Shown piece after piece: positions 40,128-50,293 of a stretch of 64,000 nucleotides of DNA; the stretch's first letter is position 1; every line of letters starts with the position of its first letter. The stretch lies in the NCBI GenBank assembly GCA_963736855.1, contig CAVTQK010000013.1:96384-160383 (forward strand), in the 5' to 3' direction. The stretch is from an uncultured delta proteobacterium (GTDB lineage Bacteria; Desulfobacterota; Desulfobacteria; Desulfobacterales; UBA2156). The notes beneath the pieces were generated by a model, which worked only from the letters and a program-made list of their open reading frames with translations, was not told where the DNA came from and did no database searches. Both the position numbers and the translations under genes were made by a program.

Positions 40128-40190
40128 GATGAAATCGTAAAAAGGCCGATTTTTCTCACGCCGCTCACAAAACCTTTTTACGAAGCCATC
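40128..40190. mobile_element. 63-bp internally deleted MITE of the 28121 family, 6-bp TSD
   Basis: GATGAAATCGTAAAAAGG...CCTTTTTACGAAGCCATC; AACCCT on both sides; its reverse complement matches both ends of 28121-28311. Confidence 0.88.
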
Positions 40191-40206
40191 AACCCTGCTA
40201 AGCCGT

Positions 40207-40377
40207 TTACCAATCTTTGACACCCTTTTTATTCATGAACCAGATGGGGCAAGACGTTCGAAACTTGCAATAGATATCCGGATCCGGGCATTTCAGGCAC
40301 TCTTCGCACAAATAAACTTCATGTTTTTGACATTTATACGGAGTGTCGATTTCCGGACGGCAGGTGCATTCTCCCAT
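40207..40377 (-). CDS. Small Cys-rich putative metal-binding protein
   Basis: MGECTCRPE...CQKHEVYLCEECLKCPDPDIYCKFRTSC, 8 Cys in 56 aa. Confidence 0.7.
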   Translation of the reverse strand: MGECTCRPEIDTPYKCQKHEVYLCEECLKCPDPDIYCKFRTSCPIWFMNKKGVKDW

Positions 40378-40768
40378 GATGTTCAACAATAGACCTTTTC
40401 TTAAAAGATTTTTTCAAAAAGGATTCTATTTCTAATCTTTTAAAATAAGTCGTCTCGTCATCCTTTTCAACTTAGCCCAACGCTTGAATTTGCTTCCAAG
40501 GAGATCACCTCGATTCAATGCTCAATTCGCGCCTCTGTAGTGCGTGAGAATATTTCCTAAAACTGAAGACAGGGGAGTTCATTTCCTTGTTCCTGTTCCT
40601 GTTCAACAATGTCTTCACTGTAACATTTCCCGCCGGGTCCCATTCAACTCAATCCATTATCAACCGTCTGTAAAGTCGAGCAAAAGCGGATTTTGATGAT
40701 ATCACATGAAAGGACTCCCCATTAATTCCCCTTCATAAGTTTGGTCCAACTGCAACTGCAATATAAAA

Positions 40769-41896
40769 CTATGTCAAAGTCAACCCGGCCAGAAACTCAT
40801 GGGCCGGAACCATAGAAATGCCTTCCTTTTCTTTCGCCCTTTTTAGATCCAGGACTACCTGCACCTTGGGCGTTTTGGGAAAATACCGACCGAAGCGCCA
40901 AAATGCCTTGGAAAAGGTGTCGTCTCCGGTTTTTACTTCAACTATCAAGACCGGCCGACCGTCGATCACAGCCAGAAAATCAAGCTCATTCCCGTCCCGG
41001 TCACGCAGATAATGCAGGGCTACCCGGCTGCCAGTGGTATCCTCCAGTAATTGCAGTTCCCGCCAAAGGGCCAGGGCAACTACATTTTCCATCCTCGGGC
41101 CGTTACCTTCCTCCACCGCGCCGGTATCATAAAAATAATACTTGGGTTCTTTCAGCAGACTTCGGGCGATATTTCGGTGATAAGGGCGAACAGAGAATAT
41201 GACATAGAGATTTTCCAGAATCTGCAGCCAGTGTTTCACGGTATGAACAGAAACTTGCAGATCCTGGGACAGGGAGGTGTAGGAAGTAGCGGCCCCTACC
41301 CGGGTACGTAACAAATCGATAAGAATCTCCATGGATTTGAGATCCCGCACCCGTTCCAGATCAAGCAGGTCGCCACGGATAATACTGTCCATCAATGTGC
41401 GGCGCCAGCGCTTGGCATAGGCTTCATCATTCTGAAGATAGGGTTCTGGAAATCCGCCTAGAATCAATAATCTATTCAGAGCTGTTCCCGGTGTTTCCTT
41501 AAGGAAAATGGTAAGCTCTTTTACGGTAACGGGGTGAAGATGATAGCTGAAAAACCGGCCGGCCAGCGAATCGCCCCCTTTTCGAACGGTCTCCAGACGC
41601 GCCGAACCAGTAATTAACAACCCGGGCGGAAGGCCATCCGTATCGTAGATCCCTTTAATTTTTGATTTCCAGTTCTTCATCTTATGCAGTTCATCAAAAA
41701 TGACCAGAGGTACATTACGGGGCCAGTCCTCCTTTTGAATCGTTTTCCGGTCGGAGGAGGAGTCGTAATTCAAATAAAAAAAGGAGGGAACAAGCTGTTT
41801 GGAAAGGGTGGTCTTCCCAACCTGACGAGGTCCTGAAAGGATAATAATCTTCTTGGTCAGGTCTCGGCGGATGGGTTCTTCAAGGTATCGTTCCAT
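40769..41896 (-). CDS. AAA+ ATPase (AAA_14) with DUF4143/PD-(D/E)xK C-terminus
   Basis: GPRQVGKTT, IFDELH, ITGSA, SLAGR, GGFPE, KYYFYDTG, ELDF...VEVK. Confidence 0.9.
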   Translation of the reverse strand: MERYLEEPIRRDLTKKIIILSGPRQVGKTTLSKQLVPSFFYLNYDSSSDRKTIQKEDWPRNVPLVIFDELHKMKNWKSKIKGIYDTDGLPPGLLITGSARLETVRKGGDSLAGRFFSYHLHPVTVKELTIFLKETPGTALNRLLILGGFPEPYLQNDEAYAKRWRRTLMDSIIRGDLLDLERVRDLKSMEILIDLLRTRVGAATSYTSLSQDLQVSVHTVKHWLQILENLYVIFSVRPYHRNIARSLLKEPKYYFYDTGAVEEGNGPRMENVVALALWRELQLLEDTTGSRVALHYLRDRDGNELDFLAVIDGRPVLIVEVKTGDDTFSKAFWRFGRYFPKTPKVQVVLDLKRAKEKEGISMVPAHEFLAGLTLT

Positions 41897-41903
41897 TTGG
41901 CTA

Positions 41904-41955
41904 TTTTGAATCGAACTTCAAATAAGTCAAGACTTTTTTGAAGTTTGATTCAAAA
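41904..41955. promoter_or_regulatory. 19-bp inverted repeat over the probable promoter of the AAA ATPase
   Basis: TTTTGAATCGAACTTCAAA-N14-TTTGAAGTTTGATTCAAAA (18/19 complementary); minus-strand TTGACT in the spacer. Confidence 0.6.
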
Positions 41956-42236
41956 ATGGTTTTTCTTTCTTGAGGTAATAAAGGGATAATCATATAATGT
42001 ATAGATAATCCTGATGGAACAGGAGGGATATTGTCAGGATGGAAAACAATACGAATGGATTTAAACCCAGCGGAAGGGGGTAACGTGCGAGGCCGGAACC
42101 ACGCTGCTTACGGCCACCCTGAACTCAAGCAAGACCGTTGTTTCTTTTAATCGTCACCTCGGGGGGACGTTTAATTCATAATTTTTTCATTCTTAATTCT
42201 AAAGTAGACGGCAGCATATTTAAGAGTTCGGCTGCC

Positions 42237-42340
42237 CCGCCACGACAACTGTATGTTCCCATATCTTGGGGTACAGACAATGGTAAAACACAATTCATGC
42301 TCGCGCTTTATCTGCAAGCAAAAAAATGACTTCTTATCAA
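42237..42340. repeat. Direct repeat A bounding the 42.4-47.2 kb module
   Basis: CCGCCACGACAACTGTATGTTCCCATATCTTGGGGTACAGACAATGG(C)TAAAACACAATTCATGCTC is shared with 47296-47362; looser match to GACTTCTTATCA. Confidence 0.9.
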
Positions 42341-42360
42341 TCAATAGATGATAAGTACGA

Positions 42361-44805
42361 TCAACATAGTACGGCAACCAGTTCCGCAATCACTTTCAAA
42401 TCATCACTCTGCTCTTCGCTGAGTATGATCGGTTCGTATCCTGATGCTGTAGTATCAGGTCGGAGAATGATGGAAGAATGTCTCCATGTTCCATCTGGCA
42501 GTATTTCTTTCATGCTCTCGTAAATTTTGACGGTATAGTGCCCACCTGTATCGGTATCGGCAATTTCCCGATGTTGTACAAGTACAACCTTGCCTTGCCG
42601 GGTACCTGCAGGATTCAACCTGAAGAGACACCAAGCCCCGTTCGGTATCCGGCGATTCATCGATTCACCGACGACCTGAGTTACGAAGAGCCCGCGCCGT
42701 GGTCTGAAGGCATCGGGAAGCTCAACCCATTCAATGTCTGAAATATCTTGCCCACTTAACCCGTAGTACAGTTCGGCAACCTGTTGTTCATCGCTAAACT
42801 TTCCGGCTGCGACCTTAAGGTCATACAGAGGAACACAATTTTCGAAAGGCCTTACCTCCTCGAGCGACAAACGCCTAAATGGTAGGACAACAGCTGCCTT
42901 GGTTTCTTCAGACAACGATGTAGCAAGGGGGATTTTCTCGCTGACAGCAGGAGCCTCCATGCATTTCTCAAAAAATTGTCGTGTTTCGTCATCAACAAAG
43001 TAGACGTAGCAGCCTTTTTGTCCACGGGTCATGAGCGTGCGGTAAGTGTTTTTGATAATCGTATCGAGACGCACTCATTGTAGCGTCTGGCTTTGTCTCG
43101 AATCAGTGATTTCCAGCCGTGAATTGATTTATCTGTGCTAGCTCGCTCTTGGGTTGTGTAATGATTTTGCCATTTCGAGCTATCAAGTCAGGGCCGACTA
43201 TCACACCAACGTAATCTAATTCTAAACCCTGACAGGTATGTATGCAGCCGACTTCGCTGACTGAATCGGGTTTGATAATCCAAGCTTGCCCGTCGGTGTC
43301 GAGATTCCACGTCGCCTTGTAACCATCTATAACAATATCCTTGAGTTGGGGGTTTTTCTTGCTGATCCATTTCCAGCAGTAGCCTGCGACCAATCGGGCT
43401 TTGTTCTTTTCCTTGTTCTTCTCACGGATTATATTGTGCAGTTCAGTTGGGCTATCAACGATGCGGAAATCATAGTCATTAGCTTTAAGTGTGTCGTTTG
43501 CTGTTTCTCGAATCTGTAGCGTATTGTCAAGCCAGGCAAGGTACCCGTCTGAACCATTACAGCGAAATTGTGACTCTAGTTTGAGTTCGGTAACATTTGC
43601 TTTTAGCTGTTTTGCCCAACGGCGGATTTCTTCCTTATCACCAATGTCTTTGAGCGTCACTTTTTGGTCTTCGTCTATAAAAAATACGCTAAACTTGCTG
43701 GCTCTGATTATCTCCTTAATCTGGTTTTCGCCAAGATGGTTAAACATACCCGATTTTGCATTGAGCCTGTGCGCTTCATCGACGATCAAACAATCAAAAA
43801 TATTTGCCTCAGCCGAATGATATGAGCCGGAACCGCTGAACATATTTGATATATGAGTTCTTCTGAACGATCCGGTAAGCATGGCTTCGTACACTAAACG
43901 GGGTGCGGAATTGCGCGTAACATATTGAGCAACAAGTTCGCGGTTTGTTAGTTCAACAAGCAGATTAATTGCCACGACTGACTTTCCAGTGCCCGGGCCG
44001 CCCTCAACAATCAACACATTTTTCTTTTTTGCGGAAGATTCTATAGCAAATTTGATGGCCGTTTCGTAGACGACTTTCTGGTCATCAATCATCACGAACT
44101 CTTCGTTACCCTTGAAGCATTGACACAAGTTGATCAGCAAGATTCTTTGATGGTTTTATCTTGCCGTGATCAATGCGGTACATGAGTTGATTTTTATCGC
44201 CATATTTGACGTGAGATTTTATGAAGTCACGTAGCTTTAGCGCATCGCTTTTAAGAAAAACGGGCGCTTTTTGAATGTATTCATCGTAGAATTTGTTGGT
44301 AATAACATCGTCTTGCTCATAATTATGAAGATATGCGCAAGGATAAAGCTGAATTTTTTCTTCTTGCACGGTCTGATTGAAATCTTCTAGAAGACATTTG
44401 TATGACCACGCTTGATACGACGGGTGTGGTGTTTCTGTTTCTCCGTGTTTAAACCGTGTGCTGACGATTGCGTCTTTTGCTGTCAAAGCTGCATGTTGCC
44501 ACTGTTTGAGTTCTATAAGAATTGCTGATTCTCGATCTTGGTCATCTTTACCAGTCAATATGAAGTCGATGCGTTTGGACGATTGCGGAATGTGATACTC
44601 GATCGCAACACCTGCGTCACTCGGGATATCACCGTCTGTTAAAACGCGATCCATGTATTGCAGTGAGTTGATCCAAGAATCTATTTCTGACTTTCCTGTC
44701 CTTCTGCCCGTTGCTGCTCTGATAGGCATCGTAAATGATATTTCCAATATCATTTGTCATGACATCTTCTTGAAATTGTGCTTTCGTAGAAGAGTAAACA
44801 ATCAC
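42361..44805 (-). CDS. DUF2075 (Schlafen-group-3-like helicase) protein with N-terminal nuclease-like and C-terminal LexA/S24-like domains; several frameshifts
   Basis: GTG start 44805 (MIVYSSTK); RIDFILTG..IELKQW; VEGGPGTGKS; IVDEAHRL; SQFRCNGS; GCIHTCQGLELDYVGV; NTYRTLMTRG; tail VAAG...VVGESM...YTVKIY. Confidence 0.82.
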
Positions 44806-44878
44806 CAGTTTAGCTCCGAGTGAAGTAGATTATTGAAGCTCCATTGCCATTAGTAAAGGTGTTAAAGTACAATAGTCT

Positions 44879-45222
44879 CTATAAATCGGTATATTTTTTA
44901 GCCGACCCTTTTGCTTTTTCAACAGGATACTTTTCCCGCGTTCTTTTCCAGCTTCTCAAAGGCGGCCGTAATAGAGGATCAATGCCGAGATGGTCTGACA
45001 GACGAACCAGATAGATCATGACATCGCTAATTTCATCCTTAATGCGATTGTCAAAGGCTTCTGATCGGGTTTCGGCTTTGCTCTTCGGTCAGCCACTGGA
45101 AGTTCTTCCAACAGTTCCGCAGCTTCAACGGTAAGGGCCATAGCAAGGTTCTTGGGAGAGTGGAACTGATCCCAATCTCGCTCTCGTGCAAACTCCCTGA
45201 GTTTTTGGATAAGCTCTTCCAT
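44879..45222 (-). CDS. MazG-like nucleotide pyrophosphohydrolase, frameshifted
   Basis: LREFARERDWDQFHSPKNLAMALTVEAAELLE...KDEISDVMIYLVRL...EKYPVEKAKGSAKKYTDL*. Confidence 0.85.
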
Positions 45223-45224
45223 GG

Positions 45225-47186
45225 TTAATGAACCTTGGAATTGTGTACATCAAGTGCCATTTTGTATGCGTCTGCAAAATCAAGTCCGGTATCAAGGTCG
45301 GGTTCAATTAGTTTAAAGCCGGTGTACATCAGGCACAAAAGATGAAGCCCGGAAAATTCTTTCTGCGGGATACTGTTTAAGAGGTAGGTTTTATCAGGAT
45401 CGGTATAATCTATGCCTTTTGTTCCGAGCATGCCGATCTCTGAAACAATTCTGGAAAATTTCATTCCTTGACTTGCCGTTAAACCTTTGAAGAGCATCAA
45501 GGCAATAGTAAAAAGCTGCAGGTTCTTTTTCTTTGAAGTAGCTCAGGGTTGAGTTGCGCCATTAGATGATGTTTCTCTCATGAGGTGGCTCTGACTATGT
45601 CCGGTTTCCATTCATACCATCCTTGCAATTTCAGAAGCTGTGCGTACTCATCAACCATTTCATATTCATCGCCGGGGGTAAATGGGTCGATCTTCTTTTT
45701 CCAGATGCTGAACAAATTCATGCCAACCTGAAAAACTTTCGACGTTTTATAGGGTGCGGCATAGTCCGATTTGTTCTTTAAAAGATAATCAAGAAAAAGA
45801 GCAGACGCACAATTCAATGTTATATTGGCACGATATATGATGGGGGGGGTAAGTCTCTTTATTTCGCTGTTTGTAAAAACGTATAGGGCTTCCTGATGCA
45901 ACTGGTCTAGTGAAACGATCTGGCTGGGGCGCAGTTTTTCATATTTTTGAAAAACGCTGTATTCAACCACCATGTCAAGAGGGCAGTTAAAAAGTTGATT
46001 GCAGAGTCCGTTTGTAATTTGAAGCGTGACTTGTGATATTTTATCCTCTGCGTAGCCTTGTTTCTGCAGTTTATGGATATGATCACTTATAGAACGTATG
46101 GCATGTTCTCTTGTTCTCGGCGGTAGTTATAAAAAAGCGGTTGCGTCCTTTCTTTCTGGCTGCATCTTCAAGCAGGATGTGTTCAATTTCATGGGCAATA
46201 AGATGCGGGGTAACAGCGGGTGATTTTTTGCGATATTTGACAATATGTTCATTACGGTTATGCTTCCATGCCATCTGCGCAATTGCAGAAACATATTCAA
46301 GTGAATTGTCTTCAAGAATCTGTATGGGAAAACCGGTTCTTTCTTCAGCTTCTTTCTTTTGATCTGAAATATACGCTATGAGATTATCACATGAATTTTT
46401 CCGCAATATCTCTTATTGATCTCTAAAAATAAATTCCATGCCTGCTGATAAACCTGTGCGCTCCTGATGTCTTCGGATTTTGGCTGATCAAATAGTGTAT
46501 TTAGGAGTTCCAAAGCACGGTCGGCATTGCCTGTAGATTGATACAACAGGGCGAGCCCGTAATATGTATTAGGATAGGATGGATCAATTTCAAGGGCTTT
46601 TTCAAACAGATCCTGGGCTTCTTTAAACTGTTTTTTCTCCATTTTTAAAGCCGCATAATTGTTCAGGAGAATATTATCATTCGGACTGATGGAAAGCCCT
46701 TTTTGAAAATAGAATTCAGCGACATCAAGATTATGATCATATTTTGCATAAATGTTTCCGAGCAGGAGATATGACCAGACATTATTTGCGTCCAGTTGAA
46801 GGCATTCCTTCAGGTGTTTTTGCGCCTTATCCGAATTTCCCGATTCAAGATAGGCCATTGCAAGGTTTCTCCTTGCATCTACATGGTGTGGGATTATGCC
46901 AAGGACTTTTAAGAAGCATTTGATAGCCTTCTGATATTCACCCTGTTGAGCCGCATGAACCCCTTTTTTATAGGTTTTTAAAGCTTCATTCGACTTTTTC
47001 CTTCTTTGGCTCTTTCAGCTCTATGATGGCAATACCATTTTGTACGGAAACATCTATGGTGGAAGAGAGGAAACCGTACCAGCGTTTAAGGAGCGAAATT
47101 GCCTCTTCCTCTGGCAATGTCGAAAGGTCTATATTTTCTGAGGGATCAAGGATGATATCTTTTAACGGAACAGAAACAATTATCAT
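45225..47186 (-). CDS. TPR-repeat protein with HExxH metallopeptidase-like domain; multiple frameshifts
   Basis: Consecutive ORFs 46986..47186, 46376..46858 (TPRs), 46083..46406 (HLIAHEIEHIL), NCPLDMVVE into 45578..45973, and 45225..45500 appear to form one gene. Confidence 0.7.
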
Positions 47187-47295
47187 AAGTTAGTGCTCTT
47201 CAGTAGGCTCATTACATAGAAATTATGTAAAAAATTAATCATTGTCATGTGAATGGAAAGACAGCGCACCCGCCTTTTGTTAATCAAAAATACAT

Positions 47296-47451
47296 CCGCC
47301 ACGACAACTGTATGTTCCCATATCTTGGGGTACAGACAATGGCTAAAACACAATTCATGCTCCTGTTTAATCCGTCCACAAAAAAGCGACTTCTTATCAG
47401 TTCTTATCAATTCGTGCTTAATCCGTCCACAAAAAAGCGACTTCTTATCAA
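47296..47451. repeat. Direct repeat B, with an internal 33-bp duplication
   Basis: Matches 42237-42340; TTAATCCGTCCACAAAAAAGCGACTTCTTATCA occurs at 47367 and 47418. Confidence 0.9.
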
Positions 47452-47578
47452 TTCAATATCAATTCATGTCAGCCCTGTAGGAACTTTTTTCATAATTGTT
47501 CACCTGGCGAATTCCTAAATCCGGAAAGCGCCTTCCTGTGTGAGAATCTGTGTGAGATTTTTCCCTTTGCTACCCTTC

Positions 47579-49153
47579 CTAAACCCTTCTTTTCCCCTGC
47601 CAATAAGGATCTCGAAGCCCTCTTTTATAGATTTTCCCCGATCCGGTCTTGGGAAGCGCCTCGATGAAATCGATGGACTTGGGCGCCTTATAGGATGCCA
47701 AATAAATCTTGCAAAATTTAACGATCTCTTCCTGGGTGGCCTCCACATTGGGCTTAAGGACAACAGCAGCCTTGACCGCCTCACCCCATGTTTCATCCGG
47801 CACCCCGAAGACCGCCGCCTCCAAAATTTTCGGGTGCATGTAAAGAACATATTCCACTTCCGTAGAGAAAATATTTTCTCCTCCGGAGAGGATCATGTCC
47901 TTTTTGCGATCCACGATGTTCACGTATCCCTCGGAATCGAGCACTGCCAGGTCTCCCGTGCGCAGCCATCCGTTCACAAAGGCATCCTCGGTTTCCTCAG
48001 GCCGCATCCAATAGCCGGGAGTCACCGTATCTCCCCGGACCAAAATTTCTCCCACTTGCAGGCCGTCCGGCGCCACCGGTTTCAGTTCATCATCCACGAC
48101 CTTCAATTCCACGGCCAGGAATGGCCTCCCGGTTTTTGCCTTATAGGCCAGTTTCTCTTTTTCCGGAAGACGCTGAAGGTCTTCCTTCAGGAGGCTCATG
48201 GTCAGATATGGACTGGTTTCCGTCATCCCGTAAGTCTGGATGTAATCGCACCTAAAAGTTTCCATGACCATCCGGACCAATTCCGGCGCGATGGGGGCGC
48301 CTCCGCTCAGTACAACCCGCAGGCTCGAAAAGTCATAATCATTCACCTTGGGGTGCTTGACAATCAGGTTGAGCATGGTGGGAATCAAATTGCTCAGGGT
48401 GATCCTCTTTTCACCGATAACCGCCATTACGGTTTCAGGATCGAACTGTCCCACCATGACATGCCCACCACCCACCCACGTCATCGCAAAGGTCGCCCAG
48501 GCATCGGCGAGATGAAACATGGGTGCTATATGTCCCCAAATGTCGGCATCGGTAAGATGAAGTTCGGCTATGGCGGCAAGGGCGTGTACGCAGACGTTTT
48601 TATGTGTCAGGATGACGCCTTTGGGACGCCCGGTGGTGCCGCTCGTGTAATATAATTGCGCAATCTGGTCTCCCCCGATGTCTGCCGGTATGAACGGCGA
48701 TTCATAGGTCTTTACCAGGGCCTCGTATCCGAAACTCTCCACACGTTTCTGCACGTCTTTGGAATCGTCGATCCAAATGATTCCTTCAATATTCGGTGTC
48801 TCATCCAGCGTCTTTTGGATTACCGATCCAAACCGGCTTCCTGCGATGATCCACCTGGCGCCGGAATCCTTGAGGATGAAAGCCATTTCCTTTGCCGAAA
48901 GACGGTAATTGATGGGACAAAGGATCGCTCCTAATCCCGCCGCAGCGTAGTAAGCTTCAAAAAAGGCATAGGAATTAACCTCGCAGATGGCGATCCGGTC
49001 CCCGACATGGACTCCTTTTTCTCTGAAAAAACGAGCCAGGGTGCCGACGCGGGCATACACCTGTCCGTATGTCAGGACCTTTTTCACGTCCATGACCGCC
49101 GTTTTTTCCGGGTAAAGAGAAGCCGCTTTCTCCAGGGTCATCCAGATGTGCAT
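47579..49153 (-). CDS. Acyl-CoA synthetase (AMP-forming, long-chain-fatty-acid--CoA ligase family)
   Basis: YTSGTTGRPKG, YGMTE, GWLRTGD, DRKKDMILSGGENI, PKTGSGKI. Confidence 0.93.
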   Translation of the reverse strand: MHIWMTLEKAASLYPEKTAVMDVKKVLTYGQVYARVGTLARFFREKGVHVGDRIAICEVNSYAFFEAYYAAAGLGAILCPINYRLSAKEMAFILKDSGARWIIAGSRFGSVIQKTLDETPNIEGIIWIDDSKDVQKRVESFGYEALVKTYESPFIPADIGGDQIAQLYYTSGTTGRPKGVILTHKNVCVHALAAIAELHLTDADIWGHIAPMFHLADAWATFAMTWVGGGHVMVGQFDPETVMAVIGEKRITLSNLIPTMLNLIVKHPKVNDYDFSSLRVVLSGGAPIAPELVRMVMETFRCDYIQTYGMTETSPYLTMSLLKEDLQRLPEKEKLAYKAKTGRPFLAVELKVVDDELKPVAPDGLQVGEILVRGDTVTPGYWMRPEETEDAFVNGWLRTGDLAVLDSEGYVNIVDRKKDMILSGGENIFSTEVEYVLYMHPKILEAAVFGVPDETWGEAVKAAVVLKPNVEATQEEIVKFCKIYLASYKAPKSIDFIEALPKTGSGKIYKRGLRDPYWQGKRRV

Positions 49154-49167
49154 CGCCTATCCTTTCT

Positions 49168-49959
49168 TTAGCAAAAGCGGGATGTTAAATGGTCATATCC
49201 CATATCTTCCGAGATTCCCTCCGCCGTTAACAAAAGCTCTTTGATGCACAGAGATAGATGCCGCTTTTGCCTGAATCGAATTTCGGGGATAGCCAGGCTC
49301 AGGGCGGCCAGCCCGATCCCTTTGGGATCTAGAACCGGGGCGCTGAGGGAGCCCAATCCCGGCGTCCGCTCCCCAAGGCTTATGGCATACCCTTGTTGCT
49401 TGATCTTCAGGATTTCCCCCTTCAAGGCATCGATACGAACGATGGTGTGCCGCGTCACCGGAACCAGACGGACGCTTTCCAAATATCGCCCGATGAAGTC
49501 ATCGGCTGAAAAGGCCAGGAGACATTTGGACGAGGCCCCGGCATAAAGGGGTGAGCGGCTCCCGATGGGCATGACCGCCTTGAGCAGTTGCGGGGACTCA
49601 ACGGCGTTGATGCAGATCCGCTCCATGCCGTCAATGACATTCAGGTGGACCGTTTCCTGGGTTCGGGACATGAGTTGCTTCATATGAGGAAGAGCCGCCC
49701 GGTTCACCGTGTGGGTGCTCTGGAGAATATCCATGAACCGGAAATAGATGTTTCCCAGCCGGTATTGTCGGGTATCCCGATCCTGATCCACAAAGGCGAA
49801 ACGCTTCAATGTCTGCAATATTCTCTGGACCGTGGCGGGACTGAAACCCAGATGGGCACTCAGTTCCCTGACCCCCCAGGTCGGTTGGTCCACAGAAAAA
49901 GCCATCAGCACCCGCATCGCCTTTTCAATGGAATTATAGCTTGACGTCTTCTGTTTCAT
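49168..49959 (-). CDS. IclR-family transcriptional regulator
   Basis: SIEKAMRVL, HTH GVRELSAHLGFSPATVQRILQTL, ETVHL, AGASSK, GYAISLGE. Confidence 0.92.
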   Translation of the reverse strand: MKQKTSSYNSIEKAMRVLMAFSVDQPTWGVRELSAHLGFSPATVQRILQTLKRFAFVDQDRDTRQYRLGNIYFRFMDILQSTHTVNRAALPHMKQLMSRTQETVHLNVIDGMERICINAVESPQLLKAVMPIGSRSPLYAGASSKCLLAFSADDFIGRYLESVRLVPVTRHTIVRIDALKGEILKIKQQGYAISLGERTPGLGSLSAPVLDPKGIGLAALSLAIPEIRFRQKRHLSLCIKELLLTAEGISEDMGYDHLTSRFC

Positions 49960-50293
49960 ATAATAATACAGTGTTTTATTTTTTGCAGGCTTTTTTCGCA
50001 TTTGTCAACGGAATTTGTTGCAGGCTCTTTTGTATGGTCAAGACAAGTCCGACACTCTCCTTTCAGCAACTGTATCAAAGGGTATCCGGCTAAATCGGAT
50101 CTTCATGACCCTCAGGGTCAAAAAGGCTTGACAAGTATTATCTAAGATAGCTATATGGTAGCTATTTCTTGGACTAGGTCCATATTCTTACTATATCCCC
50201 AAAGATATCTTTTTTCGTCAACCGAAAGCCGGGGATTGTGTACGATAGATAAAAAGAAAATCGCTAATGATCGATAGATAAGGAGGATGGGAA

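Noticed and set aside
42237..42310. Repeat translating to HELCFTIVCTPRY, reminiscent of an IS200 TnpA N-terminus
   Set aside because: Too short, the frame differs between the two copies, and no HUH motif follows
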